Shown: positions 11,956 to 25,000 of the stretch, in pieces
Position numbering within the stretch: the first letter of the stretch is position 1
How the letters are laid out: each line of letters begins with the position of its first letter
Assembly: GCA_002633005.1 (NCBI GenBank)
Contig: NMRA01000050.1
Span: 389,353-453,352, forward strand
Length of the DNA stretch: 64,000 bases
Source: Phoronis australis
Taxonomy: Eukaryota; Animalia; Phoronida
Reading direction: 5' to 3'
The notes under the pieces: generated by a model
Told to the model about the DNA's origin: nothing
The model's database searches: none
What the model saw: only the letters and a program-made list of their open reading frames with translations
Position numbers and translations under genes: made by a program

Positions 11956-12889
11956 TGGGTTTTAATCCCTGGGAGGTCCAATAGAGGACCCAAATGACCA
12001 TTTAATTAAAATTTTGAGTGCAACATCCCTTACAAGAGCATTTCATGCAAATCACCACTCAAATAAAAATAATACGACTTAAAATGCAAAAATGTCTGGG
12101 GTGATTAATTAAGATGCTTACTAATTAACAACCAATTAATGATCTATTTAAACTTTTTTAAAACTGCAACAAAAAATTCTTTTTCCAAAAGACAGCTTAG
12201 TAACTCTGGACACCTTATCCACACAATAAGACACTATTTTCCATCGGGTTTGCAGATAAGTTGGCGGTGTTAATGGACTCCAAGAGATAAGAAGACCCTC
12301 AAAAATGAACTTGAGTAAAAGAGGAAACACAAATGTTCATTACTGCTATGGATGAAACATTATTTCAATTAACAAAATACAGCTTTTGACATACACAATT
12401 CTTGTGTTATTGAATGATTAAGACACTTTATTATTACTTAACGGCCAGTTAATGATTTCTTTAAACTTTTAAGTGCAACAAAAATTCTTTTTTTAAAAGA
12501 GTTTTAGTAACTCTAAGACACCATATCCATAGTTCAAGACTGGGTTTTCTTGGGGTTTATAGATAAGATGGGGCTGTTTTGATCCCAAGGGATAAAAAGA
12601 CTCCAAAAATGAAATTGTATAAAAAAGAAAAACAGCAATTTTTATTACTACAATGCATAAATCATATTATTTCAAATTTAAAATGCATTTGAAGATATGA
12701 CAAATTTACTATCAAGTACAACAAAAATGAAACAAAAACATAGGTTGGGATATATCTGAAACTAAATATTAGCTAGCTTCAAATTAGAGCTAAACTGCTT
12801 GAAGCATATCTAGTGGCATCAAGTACATGGGATTGTGATGCATGGCGCAGCCTATTGTTTCATACGATAAAACCAGAATCCAAAAGGTA

Positions 12890-14060
12890 TTATTCACTCC
12901 GCTGTAATTTAATTGCAAACATCTCAGTTGTGATCATCGTCACCGTCTCCATCATTTCTCCTGGTAGAGGATCACAATCTTCGTCTACATCACTGTCCAT
13001 ATCATCATCTCTAACAGCATCACTGTCCATACCATCATCTCTATCAGCATCACTGTCCATACCATCATCTCTATCAGCATCACTGTCCATACCATCATCT
13101 CTATCAGCATCACTGTCCATACCATCATCTCTATCAGCATTGCCACCATCATCATTTGGCTCTCTTTCGATTTGAACCTTTGGAATGAGCGCAGGGGGCA
13201 TCTGTTCTACACTAAATCAAATGATGCAAAATTCGCCGTCAACATTTTCCCATCCATTGGTGGGTATTATGTCCAAGATTTGGAGATGAGCACTACCCCA
13301 TAGTCTCGCAACAAATGCATTTCTATCCATGTGAAGCACTAGTTCAGCTTCACACGGTGGAATACTGCTGCCCTCGATGCTTTTTTAAAAGCTTCTCAAA
13401 TGGGTTTTGTCAACCAAACTGAACCGGTGCTTGTTTAGTTGAACAAGTTTCTGTGCTCCCTACAACACACAAAACAAAATCACGCAAGATTTTGAGGACT
13501 TCTTCTGTTGGAACATCGTGGTTCAATGAAGTAAAAACTCTCTGGAACTCTTTGTCATGATTGCACATGGCCTGCTCTTTCTTTATTTACAAATGCACAG
13601 GTATAGTCACATCCAATGAATGTGTGTAGGCCGATGTAGTAGTTACATTTAAATAACATAGATTAGCTTGTCCTCCAGGTCCAACCTCCATCCACATCGT
13701 GGATGTAACTCAACGGACATGGTGTAGGAACAACACTAGAATGTCGGTGTCAGAACCTCTTATGACAATGTCTTCAGGTGTGGGCTTGTTCGCCTCAATT
13801 ATATGAAAGATGACTCAGATGTCGGCTTCCGAGTAATTACAATTTAGAGATGGAACTGATTCTGTGCATACTTCTCCATCTTCGACAAGGTACAAGTGCA
13901 CTCTCCTATCAATCCCCAATATACTTCCCTTCCATCTAGAAGTGGACTGTAGAAGTTGCTCAACCAATCCTTGGCGAGAAAGAATGATAGCTCTAACTTG
14001 TTTAAACGACTCCTACTCGAGTTGTTTCGTGAACCAGGTCTGTTTTCTTTTCAGATCCTT
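12890..14060 (-). pseudogene. C-terminal XPG-like nuclease part of an Academ transposase, broken by stops and frameshifts
   Basis: Motifs at ~13830 (EAD), ~13750 (DTD), ~13620 (H.F.GCD), ~13355 (PPC) and ~13250 (GW), then an acidic tail. Confidence 0.75.
12989..13153. repeat. 30-bp minisatellite, ~5.5 copies (DSDADRDDGM on the minus strand)
   Basis: Unit catcactgtccataccatcatctctatcag. Confidence 0.95.
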
Positions 14061-15849
14061 TTCTAACAAGTTCGCCTCTTACAGCAGGTCTTATTGCCCT
14101 CGTGGTCCAAACAACCCTGTGTTATCTATAAACCCAGGAAAAACTGCGTCTCAAATTGTGGATATGGTGTCCAAATTTGCTAAACTATCTTTTGGAAAAA
14201 ATTTTTGTTGCACATACAAGTTTAAATAAATCGTTATCCGGTCGTTAATTAAAAAGTGTTTAAATTGATACACGAGGATTTTTTGTCTTAAGTCGTATTT
14301 TTGTTCATTTCAAATAACGTTTTATCTATACCAGAAATCAGAAATGTCGTATTTCCTTTTTTGTACAATTTCATTTTTTGGGGGTCTTGTTACACCTCAG
14401 GAAAAATGAATTGCGTGTGATTATGGTGTCTACAGTTACTAAGCTATCTTTTGAAAACACAAATTTTGTCCCCACTTAAAAGTTGAAATAAATTGTTAAT
14501 TGGCTGTTAATTAGTAGGCATCTTAATTAATAAACCCCAAGAATTTTCACATTTTAACTGGCATCATTTTAATTTAAGTGGTGATTTGAATGAAATAAAA
14601 TGGATTTTTGGGTCCCTTTTGGACCACCCCAGGGAACAAAGCCCAGGATTGTCTAATGGAGACGCCCCTTTCCTTCAATGGAAGGTGATTTACAATAGAA
14701 TTATGCACTCAAACCTTTTGCACTCAAAAGTGTGAATAAAGTCCTGCTGGCTGGTCTTTTGTTTAGCATCACTTGTGCTGGAGTAAGTATTTGGTGTGCT
14801 GCTCCTGATAACCTAAAACGACTACTTACTACTCCACAAACATAACTTAGATGGAAATTTTACACCAATGAGAAAAAAGTAGGAAAAGTAGGAGATATTA
14901 GGAATTTCACAAAAAAGTAGGAAAAGTGGGAACAAGTCAAAAAAGTAGGCACAAGTAGGAAAAGTAGGAACGCTTGAAAGCCTGCAGTTGTAGAATAGAT
15001 AGTACAGGGCCCGGTCTCCAATCGGCGTACTCAGAGTCATACTCATACTCAAGATTTCATACTCAAAATCGTGCTCACTGGAGTCGTACTCAAAAAAGCG
15101 TATCTAATGTCACATTTCGAGTAGACTCCAAACGTACTCAAATCTGACACTCATACTCGAGTTGCTATGGAACTCTTTATGATGTGAAATGCAAAACCAC
15201 GCAAAGTCGCGCTGATTCATCGCTCCCTATTGGCATAGACCACCCCAGCAACTACCGTCTACTGTCGTTACAATTACAAGAGTAAGCCTATAACATGGAA
15301 TTCTGAGTGTTCTGTAACTGTTATTCATTTTTTCAGTATCAATACAATATTCTTACACCATTTCTTTGATACATTTGACAATTATTAAGCTTAACTTCTT
15401 GAGTTCCTCATCTCCCGAAAATATCTTAAGAAATTTGTTACAGCTTATCACATCAAAGAACCCCTGTTCTCTCTTGCTAATTTAGTATTGACATAGAACC
15501 CATTGCTGTGTAGGCCTACGCTGATGTCAAAACTTTGATACTGTATCCTTGTATTTTACTGGGATGCATTAAGTTAGTTGACATTTGGCGCGTGAGTTAA
15601 AAACAATACATGTGCAGGCATGCAGAGTTCACCAGTGAACGGGACGAGACGTCTACTTAGAAAGCAGCAAACAAAATCTGGATTACCATTTGGGGATTGA
15701 GGAATTATAGATGACTAAACTATGACGTGAAATGTACCTGACAGGGAAGCAAACTGTTTTTAACTTTCCTCGCCTCCTAGTCTTTTGGAAACCCTACAAA
15801 CCGTAGACACACCTACTGAAATAAGGGCAGCACAAACTTCTCACATATA

Positions 15850-17115
15850 TTCCAAATTTTATAAAATCCATTGAGGACCTTTGAAGATACAGAAGTAAAC
15901 GTAAACAATCAAAAATGCCACCAGAGTGCACACTGTTAGTCAGATCCGTCATCATCCATTGTCAACATCATACAAATACACTTGCTAACAGTCCTGCAAA
16001 CAGTTTAGGAGATACATCCATGGGTGCAAAAAACAAAACAAAACAGCCACTAGGAGGCGCCACAGTGGTCAAAGTCATTGGAAATTATCACGAGCCATCC
16101 TCTTCATAGTATGAACACACGTGCCAATTTTCACAATCATCCTTGATAGAGGGGTGGATGTCAAAAAACAGACTCGAAAACAGTAAAAATAACCACTAGG
16201 TGGTGCAAACTACGTCAAATCCATCTGAAAACGGGAGAATAGCAATAGATTCCTATATGCCGAATTTTATCAAAAAGAGGTTGAGGACAGCAGTTTAGTT
16301 GACAGAGGGGTGGACGCTAAAACCAGACCCGAAAATAGTAACAGAGACCAATAGGTGGCGCAAAATATGGTGAATACATCCGAAAACCGGAAAATGTCAC
16401 CATTTCAATTGAAAGTTATTTATCAAATTTCATAAAAATTCATCAAGCAGCTTCAGAGAAGCAGAGGAAAACAGAAAAAATGAAATTACCACTAGAGGCC
16501 ACAGTGTTTGTCAGATCCATCTGAAAGTCGTCGTTGTTCCTTTTGAACTTCATAATAAATACACCTGATAAATTTAATAAAGATACTGCAGAGGGTTTAG
16601 GAGATACAGCCACAGGCGTAAAAAAAGAAAACTTTCCCTAGGAGGCGCCACAGTAGACGAGGTCGCTGGAAAATCATCGGCAGCCCTCCTCTTCACATTA
16701 AGAACACGCCAATTTCACAATCATCCTTAGAGTGGTTTGGTTGACAGAGGAGCAGAAAGACCCGACAACAGTAAAAATGGCCACTAGGTAGCGCAAAATA
16801 CCTCAAATCATACCGACAGCCTAAAGATAGCGTCTTCTCACTAACAGATGCCTATCTGCAAAATTTTATGAAAATCCGTTGGGGACCTTTGAAGATACAG
16901 AGGTAAATGCAAAAAAATAAGGTTACCACAAGGGGGCAAACCCGTAGTCCGTTGTCAACTTCATATAAATAAACTAGCAAAATATAATAAAGATCCTGTA
17001 GAGCATTTAGGAGAAACAGCCATGGATGCAAAAACAAACAAAACTGCCAGTAGGAAGCGCTACAGCAGTTGAAGTCGTTGAAAATCGCCAGCCGCCTCTT
17101 CACATTAAGAACATA
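15850..17115 (+). mobile_element. HINE-like tandem-array repeat (copy B)
   Basis: Same units as 2755-4430, e.g. ttgaggacctttgaagatac, ccactaggaggcgccacag and tccatctgaaagtcgtcgt. Confidence 0.7.
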
Positions 17116-18117
17116 TATAATTTACAGGAATACAAGAATTCGCCATGAACTGCAAACGAAGCAGGTGATCACAACATCTTCCTTATCGAAATTTTTGATT
17201 CTGTGTAACTCAACTTATTAGATTTAACGGGAATCTTCATTACTTAACATATCACACATTTTCATCAGAATTACGTGGTTGAAATTTCTGGGGCGGGCGC
17301 GCACAACCCAGAGTGGGTTTTGTCTGTCACAGGCCATTTACACTGTTAGTAACAGTAACTTCTAATCTAATCACATGAATTGTTCATTGTGGTACCATGA
17401 ATATATGAGCTAGCTCCTTTTTGGACGTTGGTCTTGAGTTTCTGGCGGACCCTTTACGGAGGACAATTCATCAGTCATAGGTCATTCGGTGTTAAATGTG
17501 GCACAATTTTTATGTTAAGTCAGTTTTAGCCGGTACTTCGAATACCTAATGTAGTTCAAACTTTTAATGGCATACCATGGTTAAGATTTTTTGGGATTTC
17601 TGGTGGGCACAACCCAGACTGTATTTTGTCTGCCAAGGGGCATTTAGTGATCAGTGACATGTGATGAATCATATGGAATTGGTTTTTGTTGTACCTTGAA
17701 TGTATGAGCTAGATCATTTTTGGGGGGCCATTTTTGGTTTCTGCCAGACCCATTCCAGAGTGCAATTTGTCTGTCCTGGGTCATTTGCTGTTCAGTGTGG
17801 TACTACAGTATTGTCCATTCTAAACTTTTAGCCCGTACCTTGAAAATCTAATCAAGCTCATTTTTGGCCACCTTGTAAGGTCCCCAGGGGTTGTACCCAG
17901 AGTGCAGACAACGGCAGACGTCCATTCCACTTATACTAAAGTGGACTCTTAAGTGCTCCTATGGCCAGATGTTGGTACCTCGTTCATCTATGCTAAGTGC
18001 TCTGGGCTGCCGGCCAAGAAGCACACACAGTTTTCATACTAGATCAGTCAAATAATATGTCTAGAATTCAACACTACAAGAATGGGACAAATCATGCTGT
18101 CCATACACTGCACTTAC

Positions 18118-18297
18118 CTTCATGTACGTGGCCAGAGCATACGGGTTTTCATCTCTGATTCGCTGAACAGCATTTTCACCGCTGCCATCACTACGACACG
18201 CCAAGATGACATCATTTCCACCTTCACATAAGTACCGTGCAGTCTCAAAGCCTATCCCCGAGTTAGCACCAGTGACAACAATCACCCGACCGGTCAT
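18118..18297 (-). CDS. SDR oxidoreductase (RDH11-14/WWOX-like), coding exon 1
   Basis: Translates MTGRVIVVTGANSGIGFETARYLCEGGNDVILACRS...ATYMK, with the Rossmann TGxxxGIG motif. Acceptor tttcag lies 3 nt before the ATG; donor AAG|gtaagt at 18117, phase 0. Confidence 0.93.
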
Positions 18298-20743
18298 TGT
18301 CTGAAAGGTGGAAACAATGATGTTCAAAATTATTGGAGTTCTGATAGCCTACAAATAAGACAGGCATCAAAGACTGGACAATCCCATTGCTCATGCCAAC
18401 TATTCAACCATCTCAACAAAAATCGCCTAAATTTAGTTTGCTGTGAATCCTAAGGATACACAAAGCAATGTGCAAACAAGCAATCACCAGTGAATAGTGG
18501 ATTGGGTACAGATTTCCTCACAAAACTGTGATTATACCCAATTCAGTGATTTGTCATTAATATGCAAATCAGTTGGTAAGCTGACCAAACTAAGTTGCAT
18601 GCAGGCTGTAAACAGCCTGTTAATCAGTATAAGGATTGATTTGGAGAAATCTTTTGAATTTATCCAATGTCATGTGGTCAGTTGTTAGAGAACCAACTAG
18701 TCTGAGGATTGAAATAAGCATGTAAGTTAAAGACTAAACTTCTTCAAATCTAAGAGCTATATAGACAGGTCCCCGTTTGCCATCTAAACTGCCTCCTCTA
18801 AGCGCAGATAGAAATATGAGTGTTGCTGTGAGGGTAGACAGTTCCACCGTCATTACATAGCAGTTGAGACCTTCACTGCACACTCTAGGAGATATGACAT
18901 CGTATCCCCTGACGTGTCCTGAGGACAAAGGACTGCTCAAAAGTTTGCAGATTACCAGAATATTTCTTTGAGTAGGAAAGAATTAAAGACATCAACGGCC
19001 TCATAATGTGCTCCTCTATGCGCAAAATGTTACTTTGATGGTATAAACAGTGCGAGGCATAATGGGCCGAAAAGTACCCGGCGTATATGAAGGCTAGCCT
19101 GGCTATGCCTATGACTATGAGCATCAGTCTCAAGTCTCAACTGCTAAGTTTACCAGTCTGTAAGATTCAAATATAAAGTGCACTTGGCCTAAGGAGTACT
19201 GCCCGTTTAGCTACTGGACGCCCGCATATTTCAGACCACCGAGTCCAAGTTATGCCCTTATTCGAGACACTCAAAAGAGAATTTACACCTGCAGATGCCA
19301 AAATTTGGTCCAGGGTTCTGAAATCAGGAAGCTGGAAAATCCGTTGACGTCAGGAGCGACATCTGACGTTCAGCGTCAGAGACATCTTTTGAGCGGATGC
19401 AAAACTGTCACTTTGGGGTCTTCAGAGTATAAACTTGAGCACTTTGCTGTATTGTATAATGATTAATAATGATTAATGATTTTATTGAAACATATACACA
19501 TGGCCCAAAGTATATCATGTACAAGACAGAAAATTGTCAGGTGCCATGTTTCAAGCTGGATAATAAATTGTGACGCTTGAGAGCATGATGGACTAATTTT
19601 ATAAGTAGGATATCCGGAGTTCTCATGAGGGATTCAAATTTAGAGGGCGTGCGAGAATGACAAAAATGATCACTTAAGTACTTAACCCGAAAGTCTTGGT
19701 ACGCACTGCAAACTAACTCAACGTGGTATAAATCATGGTACGTAACTATAAAAGAACGTAACCTTTTATACAAAAAGCACTAAACCTAGTGTGATAAGTG
19801 TTCGCTCCCTTGTGGATTCGTGCTCCGGTCCACTGGGGCCGGCACCCGAGCTAGGCAATAGAGGGGCCCATGCCAAGAAAACTGATTCAGCAGAGACAAA
19901 TTTTAAATTTCATTCAGTTTTAAGATAATATTTAAAATTTTCTCAAGTCCGTTTCAAGAAAGAGATCTTGAGTTTGTTTTATTTTTTTGACTTAAGTTTT
20001 GTTTTAATTTTGATTACTGCGGGATACTGGTATCTTACCAGATGTGGAAGTTTGCTAGTTCAGACAAATATTAGAATTAAGTAAAAAATGAACTTAAGTC
20101 AGTTTCTTGGAACGGGTCCCTGGTCTCTAATTTTTTATCTCGTTTTTAACTAAGCATAAAATTGGTTTCAGGTTACTAGTACAATGGGCCCCGCCACTGC
20201 GGCCTGCGCACGTCTCAGAGTACAACGTGTACCAGACTGCCTGCAAATATTTTTTAACACTTTTAACCCAAATTATTACGAGTAAACAAGAGGCAACATA
20301 TGCACGCAGTAAATTGTACGTATTCTAAGTATTTTACCGTTTTAATGTGGAGAGTTGACTTATGAACTCAACTGAATACATGAATGCCAAACTTACTTCA
20401 AAATTAACTTTGAACTCAGTATAGGTGGTGAGTAGGTAAATTTGCATATGAACTTTGCATTTGTGAACGCAAAATGAATTCATTTGTGGCCGTACAAATG
20501 AGGCCAAACGCATTATTTTACTACTTGAAAAGGTCATCGAATGTAACCTTTAGTCAGTCAACTTAGAAGTTTCAAGGAATAACGGTTATTTTACATCATA
20601 TGAAACAGTCGATGCACATAAGGGTGATCAACAAAGACATATACCGCTAATAGCTGACCAGCAGCCAAGTAAATAATGACAATGTACAGAAAAATGAAGA
20701 GAAACAAGAAGCAATACAACAAGATACATAACACTCTGATATT

Positions 20744-20900
20744 CCATGGGCGGCGCACCAAAGGAGGCTGGAGGGGCTATAGCCTCCCTCCCCCACTTAT
20801 CTCAGTGCTACGCCGTCCATGGACATGGGTGGAGCACCCCATAGGGGGCTGGGGAGACTATAGCCCCACACTTACTGATTTCAGTGCTGCGCCGCCCATG
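20744..20900. mobile_element. Short hAT-type MITE with internal duplication
   Basis: TIR catgggcggcgca / tgcgccgcccatg; two internal copies of ggctgg.g..ctatagcc...cactta.....cagtgct.cgccg.ccatg. Confidence 0.6.
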
Positions 20901-23900
20901 TAAAATGATGTAACGAATGCTATTTCTTTCATAAAAAATACACAGAACCCGCTATGAACCGCACAGTTAAAACCCGGTAGATGTAGACAAGACGTGTGAC
21001 CACGGTTACTCAGCGCAGTTTTCTCTTGAGATGAGTGACCCGAGTTTTGTTCACTACTGTCGGATAAGATCAGCTTTTTGGCTGACGTCAGCACTACAGG
21101 TTTCGAGCCCAATCCCTCAGTAGAAGACAGTTAATATGCCTTTCGGATGTCCAATTTGATAAAGGCTGTCCACTGTTAAATTTTAAATTCGCGCTTTTCC
21201 CAGACACGAAAAATTTATTTTTCATCTAAAAGAGAAACGTTCCAGCAACTTCGAATAAAAAAAATCGTCCAACTATAAGAGAAGTTACATTAATTTGAAG
21301 AATGAAAGGAAAGTTCGTTAACCTTCAAAATCTGTTCGGCTTGGCGACTGCTTTGTGGAGAAACTTGACACTTAGATGTTGACTTTGTGTAATTGACTTT
21401 GGTACCCAGACAGGAATTGAACGACTCCTAGCGACTCTTTCGGCCTCAGGAGGTAACTTGGCTATGTCAATGTGAACAAGTACAACAATTAATCTAAAAC
21501 ATTGCATTGTGACCGGCACGTACCTTACAATACTCTATTATGTCCTGTAAGCACTAAATATATATTTATTCAAATAGATACGAAACCCATGTTAGCTGTG
21601 AGTGTCGTTTTTGTCTGTTCCATTATTTGGCTGAATATGGCTGTTAATCAAACAGCTATTAAGGGAAAGGAGCGCATTCTTCCACTTGGTCCCATACCCA
21701 AAGGATACCAAGAAGTCACTGTTTGCCTTTTTTCCTGAGTGAGACGCTTGTGGTTAAACGTAAGTTTGCAATGACGCTTCCAACGTTTTGTTTGAAGTTT
21801 GAATGTTTCGGAAGAAGTCGTCACACATGCAGTTTCTTGGAAAGTTAGAACATTGAATGTTAATCCACTTGATATGTTACTGATAATTTTTTGACATGGA
21901 AGGTTTTCGATCATGATATTAGACCACTTCGACATTTCAAATTTTAAAACACAGGATTTGTGTAACGATGTTTGAACTGTGTGGAAAATGAAATTGTGGA
22001 CTCTGTTGGCTTTGATTCTATAATTAATCAGTCTCTGAAAAGTAAGTTCGCAAATGCTTGCGTTGAATACTTAAAGCATATTAGGCCCTACACCGGCTGG
22101 TCAAAAGTGGCCAAATTCAAACTAAGATGAAACAAAAATCAATCCGTATAGTAAGTCAAAATAGCATCTATACGGCCTCCAGATTAATCGCAATATGAAC
22201 CTGGAAACCATTCAACACGTCTCAAAATTGAATCAGAACAATCGATATTGTCATGGATGTTCCAAGTCAGCAGACGTAATTACAAAAGTATCCGACTATG
22301 TGGGGTTCAATACGATGCCTTCAAGTTAAAAAGCACTCGTGCCCTGGTCCATGGACCTACTGCCTGATTGTCATTATTTTCTTAATTGTATTTTGAAAAG
22401 CACTTCATTAATTAACATCATTTAATTTAATTGTTGCTGTGCACTGTTGTTGGCGTACAGGCCTATCGATAACTACAACAGTATGAATGAGGCCGGGCCC
22501 CAGTGAACTGCTGTGCCGGGGGAGGGGCACGATAATGAGCAGGCCCTGGTCTGGAGAAAATATTGAACCCCATGTAAAATGTGTTGGTTTACTTTTATAC
22601 ACCACGTGCCTTCCAACCTGTGATCGTCTCAAACCCAGATTTAATGACCTGCTTTCTAAGTTTATTCTTTTACTTTGTCACCTGAAATAAATACTTTTAC
22701 TTGCCCTCTGCCAGGGTTAGCCACTGCTGGCTATAGTCAAGTTTAACCCAAACTGGTTTGGTGTACTCTATTATCAAATCACAAAACTTAACGCTACTTC
22801 TGAAGACACACTTACTCTTCACTGCGTTGAGCCTATTTCTCGTTCCAAGACATGAGTTATGTGTTCTTCGGCGCCAAGGCGTAACCTACTGTGGTACTCG
22901 CGGTAGCTACATCATACTGAATTCTACCCCGAGTACCACGAGGAAACCTGGGACCTTAGTAGCCCTAAATACTCCGTCTAGCAGGTTTGTTGAGACCAAG
23001 TTGATCCAACAAGAACACAACTGAAATACCGAAGTTTACGTAAGTACCGCATGTAAAAGTAACAACACGAATTCAGTACGCAAGAGATATGGATTTAAAA
23101 TTAATTTTGTTTGTATGTTTTGACAAACTAAATCAGAGGCTTTAGTAATTGTTGGTTTATTTAACTTCAGACAGCTCTTACATGTGAAACTCATTCTGTA
23201 TCAGAGTACCCGTGTGTACAGGATTTTTAAAACAAGCAGTTGAGACGGGATGGAGATGTTGATAAATGATATCAGTAACCTTCTGCTCCTAGCGGTATTC
23301 GTTATCAGAGTACGATGTCATGCAGACGTGGTGCACTCGTATGGGGACACAGAATACCGGCCTATAGCTGTCCAGTGGGGACGTGTGTTCTTTCCCACTG
23401 ATGGAGATGGTGTCGTAAAGCAGTGAAGAGAGCTGTGGTGTAACTTTGACTACCCTTGCGCACGCTGAGTGTTTTCCTAGAGCTTCACCATCTCTAGTGA
23501 GGCAAGCTAGAGACGGTGGGGTGGTCAATGTCTAGGTAAAATGAACGATATGCCAGAAAAAGCCGCATGTTTAATTTATGCAAACAATGGGGTGTTGTCT
23601 TCTGGATCAGCTACAGGAATCGTATGTGAGCACAATTAAGTGTAACAATTGTCCATGAAATGAATCCTACGTTGAAACCCTTACACGCCGAGACAAGGCA
23701 ACCCGACCGGTTCGTTTGTCGCGAAATCCGACCCAATTTTCGTTAAAGACACCATGCAGTTGTTGGCAATTGCATCGTCTGTGGACGCCATAGGCTGCTG
23801 ATGTATTATGTGTGCACCCGTGTTCGACCTAAACAAGCTCATTAACCCGTCTGGAAGTTACTCTAGGTTTCTTCCCTGTCCGTCAGTGTCACCAGAGACC

Positions 23901-25000
23901 AAGGCATGTTGAACAATGTCTTTGTGTTTCCTTCGATCTGTCTGAACCAATTATGTGTAATACAGTTAACAGTGGGGTTCTCTCATGAACGGACAGGTAG
24001 AGCATCCGGCCGACTGTTGTTCGCGTTCTGAACCATACACTTGCGGGCGGAAGTCACAGTTTTCATTGTAATGAGGAATTGCATATAGTTAATGGCATAT
24101 AGGTCAGTTGTAAGCAAACAGAAAATGTCCCTTTAATAAGACTATTTATTCATGCTTAACTAAACTTTATATCAATGTGGTCCACTGATAGGGCCTCAGG
24201 CGGCCCTATAATGTTTTTGAATCCCTGAACCTTACACTGTGTCAATCAATCACTTGTGGTTAGCTTTTTTCAAACCAATCAGTTTAGACCTTGGCCTACT
24301 ACCTATAGATATTGCACTGAACAATTTTCTCGACGATAGCGGAGTGGAAAGCGTATTTCAAAAGATAGATTTCATTGGACATTAGGCTCCGACACCCTGT
24401 TCTTTATCGTAGGATAAAAGTTTATTACAAATATACCACGTTATTAATAATTTAACCCTAAACATATACAGGTAACAATATGTCAAAACTTTTATTCAAT
24501 TCTGGAAATAAAAGGCTAAAAGAGAAGGTAAGCCTACTTTTTGAGTAGTTTTGTTAAATTTAGTGGCGGATTAAGAAGGTTCCAATGGCCGGAGTCACGC
24601 CGCACGTCTCAGTAAAGCTTTAGAGAATTATTGAAAGTGTTCATTATCAGACCCATGTATTCACGTACTTGATGAAATCCTGATCCCAACCAAATGGGTT
24701 AAATTTATTTTATATGAATCATATAATTTACTTTATGCAGAGTAAGTATGCTTTTAACAAAATCTTTTGTCCACGTAACTTAAGAAAATCATGCTTACTT
24801 TGTTGTTGATACACATGTGGGCAACCTTAAGCCTTATGCAGTTCGTATTTCAAACGGAACGATCAGTTCAAATAAAATAAGAGAAATATTTGGTTTACAC
24901 TGAGGTCAGGCCTTTGTGTCTGCATACACAGATGGACTCTAGTCAGCTCAAACAAGAAAAATGCTGTGTCATACTTCGTGATGGTGTGGACGACAATTCC

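Larger units (their letters stand above)
11804..14755 (-). mobile_element. Degenerate, internally deleted AcademX-like DNA transposon
   Basis: Long TIRs (TAGagtgagcaggactttattcacacttttgagtgcaaaa / ttttgcactcaaaagtgtgaataaagtcctgct, extending several hundred bp). Internal minus-strand XPG/PIN-like motifs SEADI, GSDTDIL, GLHTFIGCDYTCAF and IPPCEAEL..H..R.....W. Confidence 0.8.
10774..18013. mobile_element. Long-TIR DNA element (~430-bp TIRs, unclassified) containing nested insertions
   Basis: ccggcagcccagagcacttagcatagatgaacgagg... at 10774 and its reverse complement ending at 18013. Inverted similarity continues to ~11200/~17590; the right arm has an extra ~300-bp subterminal duplication (17280-17880). 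Confidence 0.85.

Noticed and set aside
12813-13201. Ser-rich (+) and Asp-rich (-) ORFs as host genes, e.g. a biomineralisation protein
   Set aside because: Produced by the 30-bp minisatellite within the Academ relic; no signal peptide or splice support.
23290-24060. GC-richer stretch that looks coding
   Set aside because: The frames I read are interrupted and I recognise no protein family; left unassigned.
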